43,713 nt of DNA, taken from positions 43,834,487 to 43,878,199 of the forward strand of contig NC_068989.1 in assembly GCF_001194135.2 (NCBI RefSeq), read 5' to 3'. The position numbers were made by a program, and so were the translations under genes. Source of the DNA: Octopus bimaculoides (taxonomy: Eukaryota). The notes under the pieces were generated by a model. That model did not search any database. It had not been told where the DNA came from and worked only from the letters and a program-made list of their open reading frames with translations. Shown here in pieces: positions 1 through 12,057 of this stretch; within the stretch, counting starts at the first letter, position 1, and each line of letters begins with the position of its first letter.

Positions 1-477
1 TATATATATATGTTTGTGTGTGTATGTGTAAAAGTGGAAAATACCAATTTGTGTGGTGTGACATCTATTGGGCAGTAAACTATTAAACATGCTATATAGT
101 TATATATTTGATAGGATGTACACAAACATACACACACATATACTCATACACATGCACACATATGTATATGTATATACACTACAATTATGTATACTCTATG
201 TATTCATAGAACACATAGAACGTTTAACAGAACATACATACACTCATATATGTAGTTACACAATCATACACATACACACAAGTGCATATACGCACACAAA
301 TGAATATCCTATATACTCAAATTTTTAATAGTGCATACACCTACATACATATATACACATGCAAATACATATGTGCATGAGTATACATACACATACATCT
401 ATGTCTGAATGTCTAAATGTGTCCACATCAGTGTACATATGTATTTATATGCATGTGTGTGAGTGAGTGTGTGTGTC

Positions 478-513
<36 letters not shown>

Positions 514-879
514 TGTGTGTGTGTGTGTGTGTGTCTGTGTGTCTGTGAAATTATGTATCTGCGTACTCTTGTGCGTGAATTTCTGCAAAAGCATGTACAT
601 ATATGTTTGAGTGTGTATGTATATATTTGTGGGTATATATTGGTATACATTTTTGTGCATGTGTGTGTGTTTGTGTGTGTATTTGTGTGCGTGTGTATTG
701 TGTAAATTATTTTGTGTCTGCATTTATGTGCAGGTTTGTAAGTGTTTCCGTGTGTGTGTATATTTCTACATGATCTTCTTAAATTATAGAGGTAAAAATC
801 GGTAATCGGTAAGTTTTGGTAATTTGGTGATTGAAATACTGATTAGGATCTTGTTGAAAGCACATAGGAAGCACGTCTA

Positions 880-1041
880 TTATTTCATAGCTGTAATCTT
901 TGACTTGCTCATATTAAACAAGTACCAGCCTTCACGTTTGATAATATTACTCAATCCATAGTTCTGGGAGTATCGCAGGACCAGAGAATCAGATCCTTTT
1001 GCTATCCACTGAACTCTGCCGAAATTTCCCTTGATTGCCAG
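880..1041 (-). CDS. SAT2-like: Terminal coding exon of a divergent diamine/thialysine N-acetyltransferase (SSAT/SAT1-SAT2 family, GNAT)
   Basis: Minus-strand acceptor tttttttcag| at 1042-1044, phase 0, 162 nt to TAA: LAIKGNFGRVQWIAKGSDSLVLRYSQNYGLSNIIKREGWYLFNMSKSKITAMK*. Aligns without gaps by eye to human SAT1 116-168 (VAM..[31 protein letters not shown]); the boundary matches the SAT1 Q|V intron position as I recall it. Confidence 0.8.
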   Translation of the reverse strand: MAIKGNFGRVQWIAKGSDSLVLRYSQNYGLSNIIKREGWYLFNMSKSKITAMK

Positions 1042-1182
1042 CTGAAAAAAACAAAAATAAATAAAAATGAATTAAGAAACGAAAGACAATTAAAAGTTTG
1101 TTGCATAATCATCTTTGTAAAAAGAAGTTAGTGTAGAAAAATTGCTTTCACATCATAAATTACACACACACACATACACACG

Positions 1183-1224
<42 letters not shown>

Positions 1225-1266
1225 CACATACACACACGCACACACATCTTGCATATTCTTAAACAT

Positions 1267-1428
1267 ATAGGCACAGGCATAGCTGTGTAGTAAGAAGTAT
1301 GTTCTCTAAGCACATGGTTCTGTGTTCAGTCCCACTGCATGTCACCTTGGGCAAGTGTCATCTACAGTACCCTCTGGCCGACCAAAGCCGTGTGAGTGGA
1401 TATCCATCATATATATACATATATATAT

Positions 1429-1475
<47 letters not shown>

Positions 1476-1480
1476 AATAC

Positions 1481-1521
<41 letters not shown>

Positions 1522-1738
1522 GGAAGATAGATAGATAGATAGATAGATAGATACATATATATCAGTATGTATATGCCCTTTTGTCTGTATTTGTCCCCTA
1601 CAACTGCTAACAACCAGTGATAGTGTGTTTACATCTCCATGACTTAGGGGTTTGGCAAAAGAGACTGATAGAATAAAATTCTCCAAGGCAGTGCCCCAGC
1701 TTGGGAGTAGTCAAATGATTGAAACAAGTAAAAGAAAA
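1267..1738 (+). mobile_element. tRNA-derived SINE, family A (CORE-like 'ccttgggcaagtg' segment, internal microsatellite), degenerate
   Basis: ataggcacaggcatagctgtgtagtaag head, ccttgggcaagtgtc core, (TA/CA/GATA)n middle, tgaaacaagtaaaaga tail; same family as 5283-5690. Confidence 0.75.
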
Positions 1739-1819
1739 ATGGTAAAAATATATAAATAACTCGTTGCTAGCAACAGAAGCAGTATTAGATCAAAATAGCA
1801 TACTGTATATATTACTTAT

Positions 1820-2140
1820 TGTGGATATACTGTAGAAAGCTATGAAACTGCAGTGTTTGTCTCGAGAATGTGTTTCTGTTGTGTCGACGCCCCTAAGCGA
1901 AGAAGTAGGTTTGGCCAAGACATATAAAAAGAGGTAGTCTGACCGTGGTAGGAGTGGACTGACAGTAGACTGACAGTTGAGTAGCTGCCGTGTAGTGGTT
2001 AAGTAGAGATCATCCGAAGGTGCTAGATAGCAGTAGCTTGAGACATAACAGTTTCATATAGATGTGCAGTCCTAAAAAGTACAGAATAATATCAGTAGCA
2101 GACGAAAAGTGTCTAGCAAAGGCAGTGGAATTGCTAAATG
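1820..2140 (+). mobile_element. Possible solo LTR / unclassified repeat
   Basis: CpG-containing non-coding block with TATAAAA at 1923-1929 followed by a purine-rich tract; termini not clearly defined. Confidence 0.2.
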
Positions 2141-2476
2141 TAGATTTCTACTTCTCTGGATGTCACTTGAAAAATATACACACTAATCAAGACATGCAGA
2201 ATGCTATTTTGAGACAGTATTACTTCTGTCACTAAAAACAAATTTTTACCCAGGCTGCCAGCTATTTGCAATACCAGTGATTTCTCAATCACCATTTTTC
2301 TGTATCAGTAATAGCTGAATTTATCTAAGCATGCAGTTGATAGTGGATGGATACTTGTTATTGATGATACTACAAGAAGCAAAAATCTAGATTTAGCAAT
2401 TCCTTAGCTACTGTTTAATGTTTTCCATCACTACTGATATAATTCCGTGCTTTTTTTAGCACTATATGTCTATGCA

Positions 2477-2847
2477 GTGGAGGCGCAATGGCCCAGTGGT
2501 TAGGGCAGCGGACTCGTAGTCATAGGATCGCGGTTTTGATTCCCAGACCGGGCGTTGTGAGTGTTTATTGAGCAAAAACACCTAAAGCTCCATGAGGCTC
2601 CGGCAGGGGATGGTGGCGAACCCTGCTGTACTCTTTCACCACAACTTTCTCTCACTCTTACTTCCTGTTTCTGTTGTGCCTGTAATTCAAAGGGCCAGCC
2701 TTGTCATACTGTGTCACGCTGAATATCCCCGAGAACTATGTTAAGGGTACACATGTCTGTGGAGTGCTCAGCCACTTGCACGTTAATTTCCATTGATCGG
2801 ATCAACTGGAACCCTCGACGTCGTAAGTGACGGAGTGCCAACAACAC
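2477..2847 (+). mobile_element. Full-length tRNA-derived SINE, family B, with 13-bp TSD
   Basis: A box TGGCCCAGTGG, B box GTTTTGATTCC, (CAA)n tail; TSD atatgtctatgca at 2464-2476 and 2848-2860. Confidence 0.92.
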
Positions 2848-2929
2848 ATATGTCTATGCAAAATGCTTTCTTGAGATAAATATCACAGTTTTATGACTTT
2901 CTACAGCATATCCATGTTAAGTAAGATAT

Positions 2930-3215
2930 CATCATCGTCATCATCATCATCATTAAGATTCCTTAACTGCTGCAGTCAGTCATTGGGGTGTCGCTCTAGA
3001 TGCTTTCATAATCAGCCATCACCAGTGGTTCAGTTCTCTGTCATGCATAGCAGTTGACTGTGCTGTAATCTGTCAAGTCCTTGATTTGTCAAACCAGGAT
3101 GTTTCTGTCTGCCTCTCTTTCACCCTCCCTCAACTGTATCCCAAAGAATGGTTTTGGGTAGGGAGTTGTGACCGGATACATGACCATAACAGGCAAGCTT
3201 CCATCTTTTTACCTG
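2930..3215 (-). mobile_element. RTE-clade LINE 3' end with (GAT)n tail
   Basis: Minus translation KRWKLACYGHV..HNSLPKTILWDTVEGG*KRGRQ (RTE C-terminal GHV / GxRxRGR motifs) followed by a (GAT)n tail. Confidence 0.7.
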
Positions 3216-3426
3216 CAGAAGCTAACCTTATACAAAATGCTAAATAAATAGTTATATTGACAAACATGACATGCCAATCTGCCCAAGACTACCTTTAGTT
3301 CTATGACACAAATCTTATTTTGTAAAGTGATATAAATTGAAACTTTCCTTGCAACTTTCCTGTTAATTTATGCTCCAAACATCATCTTAATAACGACAAT
3401 GTTATTTAAAAAAAATTTTTCATTAT

Positions 3427-3638
3427 TTACTCTTTTACTCTTTTGCTTGTTTCAGTCATTTGACTGCGGCCATGCTGGAACACTGCCTTTAGTCGAGCTA
3501 ATCGACCCCAGGACTTATTCTTTGTAAGCCTAGTACTTATTCTATCGGCCTCTGCTGCCGAACCGCTAAGTTACGAGGACGTAAGCACATCAGCATTGGT
3601 TGTCAAGCGATGTTGGGGGGACAAACGCAGACACACAA

Positions 3639-3682
<44 letters not shown>

Positions 3683-3860
3683 GATGGGCTTCTTTCAGTT
3701 TCTGTCGACCAAGTCCACTCACNNNNNNNNNNNNNNNNNNNNNNNNNNNNNNNNNNNNNNNNNNNNNNNNNNNNNNNNNNNNNNNNNNNNNNNNNNNNNN
3801 GACTGAACCCAGAACCATGTGGTTCATAAGCAAGTTACTTACCACACAGCCACTCCTGTG
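3427..3860 (-). mobile_element. SINE family A copy (contains N gap 3723-3800)
   Basis: Reverse complement of the family A head, body and (AAAAGAGT)n tail. Confidence 0.85.
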
Positions 3861-4129
3861 CTGCAAAATTAATTGAAACAAAAACAGTGTATTTCAACAG
3901 ATAGGAACATTGTCAAGCCACATTAGAATAAAGAATTCAAAATAAGAAGTCTAAGAGTCAAAGTTTTTAATCTGGGGCCCATGAGAAATGTTTGTTAATA
4001 AAAAAGATATGTCAAAAACAGCAATGAAATAAATTTGCAATAAGTCAAAAGAAAGACTTAAAACTTCTTTTCACTGACATAGAACCATGAGTCTGACAAA
4101 ACACATTTTGTTTTACCAGAGGGCTTTTT

Positions 4130-4785
4130 TAGGGACTGATCGAGGTAGTGTGATTTGGATGGCAGAGAGATGACTGCACTGGTATGGTCATATGATGCAT
4201 ATGAACAAGGACAGCTGCGTGAAGTGCCAAACACTAATGGTGGAGGGAACCTGTGGAAGAGGTAAATCGAGGAAGACATAGGTTGAGGTGATGAAGCATG
4301 ATCTTCAAATGTTGGACCTCATTGAGACAATGACAACTGACTGAGACCTTTGGCAATATGTTGTGCTTGAAAAGACCCCATCAAGCCAAGTGAAATCATA
4401 GTCATGACCAATGTCAGTGTCGTGTGACTGGCACCTGTGCTGGTGGAACACAAAAAGCTCTGTTCGGATAAAGGGCCTCATTGAAGCAGTGACAAGTGAC
4501 TGAGACCTTGGTGATGTATCGTGCTTGAGAAGACCTGTCAAGCCAAGTGAGATCATAGTCATGGCTGATGCTGATGTAACATAACTGGCACCCAGGTTGG
4601 TGGCACGAAAAAGCACCCACTACCATCTCAGAGTGGTTGGCATTAGGAAGGGCATCCACCCGTAGAAACAATGCCAAATCAGATTGGAACCTCATGCAGC
4701 TCCCCAGCTTACCAGTTTTCAGTCAAACCATCCAACTCATGCCAAAATGGCAAACAGACATTAAATGATGATGATGATGATGATG
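4130..4785 (+). mobile_element. RTE-clade LINE 3' fragment: ORF2 C-terminus plus 3' UTR with GGAAGGGCATCC motif and (GAT)n tail
   Basis: LHWYGHMMHMNKDSCVKKCQTLMVEGTCGRGKSRKT*..DLQMLDL..DLWQYVVLEKT; internal duplication (~4325-4460 vs ~4483-4618); tail ttaaatgatgatgat. Confidence 0.8.
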
Positions 4786-5215
4786 TAGAAGGATGGGTAC
4801 ATAGGTACAGAATGGTTGGATACACAAATGGCAGGGTATGGTGGTGGAGAAGGTGAGGGTGTAAAGTGTCAAAAACGGTGTGTGTGTGTGGTGGGGGGAA
4901 GGCAGTGTTTGAAAAAGGTCATTGAGGAATGGTTAGTGTCAGTTAATTATGTGGAAGTGTTTATAATGGGAGTGGGATTTTGGTGTTGTTGGTTATAGAA
5001 ACAGGAGAGGTCAGAGGAGTGGATGTTTGCTAATTTGTGTGTGTGAGTGTATGTGTGTGTGACTGAGTGAATGTGCATGCACACATGTGTGTGTGTGTGT
5101 GTGTGTGTGTGTAAAGGAAAGTCAACCTCAGCAGGTTTTGAGTTCAGAGAACCAGAATAAACACTGCAAAGCATATTGTCTGATGTTCTAATAACTGTGC
5201 CAAATCACTTACACC

Positions 5216-5264
<49 letters not shown>

Positions 5265-5282
5265 TGTTTCGATTTTTTATAT

Positions 5283-5690
5283 TCTCTTTTACTCTTTTAC
5301 TCTTTTACTTGTTTCAGTCATTTGACTGCGGCCATGCTGGAGCACCGCCTTTAGTCGAGCAAATCGACCCCAGGACTTATTCTTTGGAAGCCTAGCACTT
5401 ATCCTATCAGTCTCCTTTTGCCGAACCACTAAGTTACGGGAACGTAGACACACCACCATCGGTTGTCAAGCGATGTTGGGGGGGGGGGACAAACACACAC
5501 ACACACACATATATATACATATATACGACGGGCTTCTTTCAGTTTCCGTCTACCAAATCCACTCACAAGGCTTTGGTCGGCCTGGGGCTATAGTAGAAGA
5601 CACTTGCCCAAGGTGCCACGCAGTGGGACTGAACCCAGAACCATGTGGTTGGTAAGCAAGCTACTTACCACACAGCCACTCCTGCGCCTA
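5283..5690 (-). mobile_element. Young full-length SINE family A
   Basis: Reverse complement begins taggcgcaggagtggctgtgtggtaag; B-box-like GGTTCAGTCC; core ccttgggcaagtg; (AAAAGAGT)n tail; CpGs retained. Confidence 0.9.
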
Positions 5691-5744
5691 TTGTTAATAA
5701 TAATTTTTCATTTACAGAAATATTTCTTCAAAGATGTCTTTTAT

Positions 5745-7025
5745 CATTTATCTTTTTACTTGTTTCAGTCATTAGACTGTGGCCATGCTGGAGCACTACT
5801 TTGAAGAACTTTTAGTCAAATGAATTGACCCCAGAACCCATTTTCTTCATTTTCTTTAAGCCTGGTACTTATTCCACTGGTCTCTTTGCTGAACTGCTAA
5901 GTTACAGGGATGTAAACACACCAACACCTGTTGTCAAGCAGTGGGGTGGGGGGGGGACAAACACTGACACACACACACACACACATAAATGACAAGGCCA
6001 TGAAATCCACTCACAAAGCTTTGGTTGGCACAAGGCTCTAGTAGAAGATACTTGCCCAAAGTTCCACACAGCGGGACTGAACCCAGAACCAGTTGGTTAG
6101 GAAGCAAACTTCTTACCACACAGCCATACCTGCACTTATATTGTCAATAGTTTTTGATTTAAGGAAATCTTTCCGAGCCTTAATTCACAANNNNNNNNNN
6201 NNNNNNNNNNNNNNNNNNNNNNNNNNNNNNNNNNNNNNNNNNNNNNNNNNNNNNNNNNNNNNNNNNNNNNNNNNNNNNNNNNNNNNNNNNNNNNNNNNNN
6301 NNNNNNNNNNNNNNNNNNNNNNNNNNNNNNNNNNNNNNNNNNNNNNNNNNNNNNNNNNNNNNNNNNNNNNNNNNNNNNNNNNNNNNNNNNNNNNNNNNNN
6401 NNNNNNNNNNNNNNNNNNNNNNNNNNNNNNNNNNNNNNNNNNNNNNNNNNNNNNNNNNNNNNNNNNNNNNNNNNNNNNNNNNNNNNNNNNNNNNNNNNNN
6501 NNNNNNNNNNNNNNNNNNNNNNNNNNNNNNNNNNNNNNNNNNNNNNNNNNNNNNNNNNNNNNNNNNNNNNNNNNNNNNNNNNNNNNNNNNNNNNNNNNNN
6601 NNNNNNNNNNNNNNNNNNNNNNNNNNNNNNNNNNNNNNNNNNNNNNNNNNNNNNNNNNNNNNNNNNNNNNNNNNNNNNNNNNNNNNNNNNNNNNNNNNNN
6701 NNNNNNNNNNNNNNNNNNNNNNNNNNNNNNNNNNNNNNNNNNNNNNNNNNNNNNNNNNNNNNNNNNNNNNNNNNNNNNNNNNNNNNNNNNNNNNNNNNNN
6801 NNNNNNNNNNNNNNNNNNNNNNNNNNNNNNNNNNNNNNNNNNNNNNNNNNNNNNNNNNNNNNNACACACACACACATAAATGACAAGGCCATGAAATCCA
6901 CTCACAAGGCTTTGGTCGGCCCGAGACTATAGTAGAAGACACTTGCCCAAGGTGCCACACAGTGGGAATGAACCTGGAACCATGTGGTTGGTAAGCAAGC
7001 TACTTACCACACAGCAACTCCTGCG
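5745..7025 (-). mobile_element. Older SINE family A copy (5745-6135) plus partial copy after the gap (6864-7025)
   Basis: Same family motifs; segment acacataaatgacaaggccatgaaatccactcacaa occurs on both sides of gap 6191-6863. Confidence 0.7.
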
Positions 7026-7380
7026 CTGTTCATAATTTTTTTTCAGTTCGTAGAGAAATGGCTAAAAAATTTTCCCTGTTTATAATTATACTATACATTA
7101 CATAATAAATATCTGAGAGAAGCAAAAATTTGTTCCAGCAACACAAATGGCCATCGAGAGTGCCAGATTCATCTCAGTCTTTTAGATCAATTCAATGGTG
7201 CATATTTTTAGGACAGATGCCCTTTCCTTCTGCTGTCCCTCACTGATTTGCAAACAAGGTAATATTTCTCTGTGGACAGACATGTTTTCATGGAAGATTG
7301 AGAAATGAGGGTTACCACTTGTATGAAGATGATGCTTGTTAACAACTATCAGATGATAAACATACAAACACATAATTTTT

Positions 7381-7515
7381 ACTTGCTTCTCAACCACATA
7401 GTCCTGAGTCCTGTCCCACAGCATGGTATCTTGGGCAAGTGTCTTCTACTATAATCTTGGGCCAACCAAAGCCTTGTGAGAGGATTTGGTAGAGAAAAAC
7501 TGAAAGAAGCCTGTC

Positions 7516-7520
<5 letters not shown>
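7381..7520 (+). mobile_element. SINE family A 5' half; the rest is interrupted by SINE B and the hammerhead element, tail at ~8200-8280
   Basis: cttgggcaagtgtcttctactata...gaaagaagcctgtc matches family A. Confidence 0.7.
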
Positions 7521-7551
<31 letters not shown>

Positions 7552-7563
7552 ATGTGTGTGTGT

Positions 7564-7945
7564 GTGGAGGCGCAATGGCCCAGCAATTAAGGCAGTGAAC
7601 TCGTGGTCATAGGATCATGGTTTCGATTCCCAGACTGGGCGTTGTGAGTGTTTATTGAGTGAAAACATCTAAAGTTCCACATGGCTCTGGCAGGGGGTGG
7701 TGGCGAACCCTGCTGTACTCTTTCACCATAACTTTCTCTCACTCTTTCTTCTTGTTTTTGTTGTACCTGTATTTCAAAGGGCCAGCCTTGTCACACTCTG
7801 TATCACACTGAATCTCCCCGATGACTACATTAAGGGTACGTGTGTCTGTGGAGTGCTCAGCCACTTGCACGTTAATTTCACGAACAGGCTGTTCTGTTGA
7901 TCAGATCAAATGCAACCCTCGTTATCATAACTGACAGAGCACTAC
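7564..7945 (+). mobile_element. SINE family B, diverged copy inserted in a (GT)n tract
   Basis: gtggaggcgcaatggccc head, GTTTCGATTCC B box, body collinear with 2477-2847. Confidence 0.85.
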
Positions 7946-8022
7946 AAGATATATATATATATATANNNNNNNNNNNNNNNNNNNNNNNNNNNNNNNNNNN
8001 NNNNNNNNNNNNNNNNNTCAAT

Positions 8023-8094
8023 GGCCATATAACTGAAGAGATGGCGGCGTGGGTTTCCACCCCGGCATCCGAAACTCAGAGTTTTATCATGGCT
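8023..8094 (+). ncRNA. Type I hammerhead ribozyme motif (Penelope/retrozyme-like, short palindromic stem III)
   Basis: Stem I GGCCATATAA(8023-32)/TTATcATGGCT(8084-94); core CTGAAGA (8033-39); stem II GATG-g-CGG-c-GTGG[gttt]CCAC-c-CCG-g-CATC plus one extra C; GAAA (8071-74); stem III ACTC[a]GAGT; cleavage triplet GUU (8081-83). Confidence 0.8.
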
Positions 8095-8118
8095 ACCAAA
8101 TGATTGTCACATATTATT

Positions 8119-8162
<44 letters not shown>

Positions 8163-8645
8163 GTGTGTGTGTGTGCGTGTGTGTGCATGCATATGCCCGT
8201 GTGTGTCTTTGTGTCTGTGTTTGTCTCCCTCCATCAATTGACGTCTGGTGCTGGTGTGCTTGCATCCTCATTACAATCATAAAGATTTCAGTCAAAGTTA
8301 CACATTCGCAATTATATGAACATAAACATTTGACCACTATAAACAATTCATTTATGTGGTTGTTCAGTACATATGTATGTATGCATGTATATATACATAC
8401 ATATATATATATATATATGTATCTGTCTCTGTCTGTTTGTCTTTCTGTCTGTCTCTTTCTTTCTCTCTCTGTATATATATATATATATATTTATATGATG
8501 GACTCTCCCATCAGTTTTGATGTATGAGGCTCTGACAACATATTCTTTCTTTGTCAGTCATAATGCTTATATTGTATGTGACATTTAAGTCCCACTAACG
8601 ATTTGCAAAGAAGGCCACTGATGCTGCAAGTATGAGGATTATAGG

Positions 8646-9022
8646 TCATCATCATCATCATCATCATCGTTTAACGTCCGCTTTCCATGCTAGCATGGGT
8701 TGGACGATTTGACTGAGGACTGGTGAAACCGAATGGCAACACCAGGCTCCAATCTGATTTGGCAGATTTTCTACAGCTGGATGCCCTTCCAAACGCCAAC
8801 CACTCAGAGAGTGTAGTGGGTGCTTTTACGTGTCACCCGCACGAAGGCCAGTCAGGCGGTACTGGCAACGGCCATGCTCAAAATGGTGTATTTTATGTGC
8901 CACCCGCACAAGAGCCAGTCCAGGGGCACTGGCAACGATCTCGCTCGAAAATCCTACGAAGGCCAGTCAGGCGGTACTGGCAACGGCCACGCTCAAAATG
9001 GTGTATTTTATGTACCACCCGT
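8646..9022 (-). mobile_element. RTE-tail retroposon with (GAT)n tail and internal tandem modules
   Basis: (TCA)n + tttaacgtccgc...ggatgcccttcc; repeated gaaggccagtcaggcggtactggcaacggcca units; same family as 33086-33406 and 33678-34140. Confidence 0.8.
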
Positions 9023-9054
9023 CAGTGCAAGTGGTATATTTGCAGCCATTTTTC

Positions 9055-9490
9055 TCTTTGGCCTTGCACTCTGAAGCCTGTTAATGCTGGTTGCAACAAA
9101 GCTTCTAATACCATTTTGACAGAATGATCTCCATTTTGTTTGCTCCGAGGCTGTTCGCTCAAAGGTGTTGTGAGCTAAGAGGTTACCCTTCAGCTTGTCC
9201 TTATATCTAAGCCATGGTCAACCAACATTCCAGTGCCCCCTATCAAGCTGGCTGTACTTGAGGATTTTGGGTATTCTTTTGTCACTCTTTCTGATGACAT
9301 GGCCAGCCGAGCACAATTGTGACTGCATAAGAAAGCTCTCGATTCCACGAATCTTACACTTGCTAAACAGGTCAGCATTAGAAACACTGTCTTTTAGTGA
9401 ATAACCACAGATTGTCCTGAGACAGCCGTTGTGGAAGATGTCTCGTGGGTTAATGTGTATCCACGATTCTGAGTCATACAAGAGAGTAGT
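9055..9490 (-). mobile_element. RTE-clade LINE ORF2 fragment (degenerate)
   Basis: TLLYDSESW..FHNGCLRTICG..SQLCSAGHVIRKSDKRIPKILKYSQLDRG..G*PWLRYKDKLK..KWRSFCQNG: RTE post-RT motifs. Confidence 0.85.
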
Positions 9491-9502
9491 ATATATATAG
9501 TA

Positions 9503-9896
9503 TAGGTGCAGGCATGGTTGTGTGGTAAGAAATTTGCTTCCTAACCAAATGGTTCTGTGTTCAACCCTACTGCAAGGCACCTTGGGCAAAAGGCTTTTAC
9601 TATAGCCCCAGGTTGACCAAAGTCTTGTGAGTGGATTTAGTTGACAGAAACTGAATTATATGTGTGTGTGTGTGTGTTTGTATTTGTGTTTGTCCACCAC
9701 CACACTTGACAATCGGTGTTGGTTTGTTTACATCCCCATAACTTACTGGTACAGCAGAAAAAAGGACCAATAGAATAAGTACCAGACTTAGAAAAAAAGT
9801 AAAAAAGTACCAGGGTCAATTTATTCAACCAGACCTTTCAAAGTGGTGCCCCAGTATAGCCACGGTCTAATAACTGAAACAAGTAAAAGATAAAAG
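9503..9896 (+). mobile_element. SINE family A copy
   Basis: taggtgcaggcatggttgtgtggtaag head, core and tgaaacaagtaaaaga tail. Confidence 0.85.
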
Positions 9897-10031
9897 GCAC
9901 ACACATACACACACACACATTCAAACATATATAAATGTGAATGTATGTGTATGTGTGTTTGCATCTAAACAAAAGTCTAGTGTGGAGTGGCTACAGTTCA
10001 AATAATGAATTCAATACATATTTAGTCATAT

Positions 10032-10350
10032 TTCGATTCCCAGACCGGGTGTTGTGAGTGTTTATTGAGCGAAAACACTTAAAGTTCCACGAGGCTCTGG
10101 CAGGGGAAGGTAGCGAACCCTGCTGTACTCTTTCACCACAACTTTCTCTCACTCTTACTTCCTGTTTTTGTTGTGCCTGTAATTCAAAGGGTCAGCCTTG
10201 TCACGCTGAATATCCCCGAGAACTACGTTAAGGATACACGTGTCTGTGGAGTGCTCAGCTACTTTCACGTTAATTTCATGAGCAGGCTGTTCCGTTGACC
10301 GGATCAACTGGAACCCTCAACGTCGTAAGCGACGGAGTGCCAACAACAAC
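10032..10350 (+). mobile_element. 5'-truncated SINE family B
   Basis: Begins at B box ttcgattcccagacc; (CAA)n tail. Confidence 0.85.
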
Positions 10351-11709
10351 ATATAGTCGTATAATCTAACATATCTACAAATTGTTTCTGCTTGTGCTTC
10401 CTTTGCAGAATGAAAGTATTAGAAATGAAGCTGAATAAAATACTAAAGTGGCTGCAATATCCAAAACCAATGGATGTCCTGAACAAAACACTAAACTGTG
10501 TCTGCTGGTGATGCACCAGCTGGGGAGTTCAAGAAATTTGTGGGTGCATTAGGAAGGGCATTCAGCCATAAAAACCAAGCCAATACGCATGACTGGAGTT
10601 TGGGACAGCTCTCTGGCTTACCATCTCTAAAACTAGTACTTAAAGAGTTTGTTTCACTTTCTAAGCCTCTTAAGTGCGATACCTTCGATGTGACAACACC
10701 TTGCTCCTCAACGAAGCACTCTTCACCACGATGCCTTCGATGTGATAGCTACTTGCTTCTCTGGCATGCATCAAGGAAGCTCTTAACCTTCCAATACCGA
10801 TTACTATCTAATCAGCGGCTGCTAAGCTGAATAATACAAGATTCATAAAACCAAGCATCATCAAAACAATAAAACTTATTTTTATTATGTTGTTAATTGT
10901 TCTACTGTTTCTTCATATATAATTATGTTGAAAGGTGATAGAGACTAATGTCTCTATTGCAACTATCAACCTTTTACAAGGGTCTCAAAAGAGTCAAATA
11001 GCACAAGATATTCTTGTGGTTAGGGGACACAAGGCTCAAAGTATGGTCTCTAAACATGTGACACACTGGCCCACACAAGTCCACACTGGTCCACAAAACT
11101 ATGGACATGCCATGAGTATTAGTTCCTATGTCTAAAGGTTGTAGAACCTATACCACAAGGGCAAGAGCAAGCGAGCAAGTGACTAGCAGACTTAGCAGTC
11201 AATGATAAACCAACAGAAAGTATTTTTACTTTTTACTTTTTCTGTTTTGCAGTGGTATTAAACTGAAGACTACATGGGTGAGAAACAAACCTCTTAACCA
11301 CACGGCCATGACTGTGTCTAGTAGAAAAATCATGACTCTCCAGACTTTGACATGAAGATCTATGATTAATGATGCCCATAGGAGCGTGATACATGAAAAG
11401 AGAGAGAGCGAGAGAGAGAGACACAGGCAGACAGAGAAAGGCAGACACAGACAGACAGACAGACAGAGATAGAGACAGACCGACCGACACAGAGAGGGAG
11501 AGAGAGTGAGACAGAGAGACAGAGACAGACAGGCAGACTGGCAGAGAGAGAGAGAGAGAGAGAGGGACCAATGGGTGTGAAATAGAGACTGATGGATAAA
11601 TGACCTTTAGAATAGGTAGGAGCTTATTAGTCGATAGGACTGTTATAGTAAATGCCATAAGACAATGAGGAAAGAGTAAGGCTTGGTCTGTTTTCTGAGA
11701 GTTAAACAC

Positions 11710-11974
11710 ACAAAACGAAATCGCAAAACCTAAACGCGGAGTAAGGGAGATAACTTCGTAGCCATTCCAAAGTAAACTATAATGTGCTTGTGACTATTAG
11801 AATTTTTGCAATGTCTGTGTAGAAATAAACAATCCTAATACAATTTATATACAACAGGTAACACTTCCGTATGGTTTGTTTCCTCTTTATTTATGTAATA
11901 TATACTATCATATTTTATTGTATGTACGTGTATTTGTATGAACGTTCGTACGCGTGCGTGTATGTATAAGTATG

Positions 11975-12057
<83 letters not shown>

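Noticed and set aside
68-805. His/Thr, Cys/Val and Ile/Tyr-rich ORFs here and throughout the track
   Set aside because: Direct translations of (CA)n, (GT)n and (TA)n microsatellites; the X-rich ORFs are N gaps.
2477-2550. tRNA genes at SINE heads (also 7564, 19650-19721, 21941-22008, 24280-24352, 32155-32230)
   Set aside because: A/B boxes are present but acceptor stems are not complete, and each continues into a repeated SINE body with tail/TSD.
11725-11770. ATG GCT ACG AAG (MATKLSPLLRV*) as a gene start
   Set aside because: Stops after 11 codons and has no credible donor.
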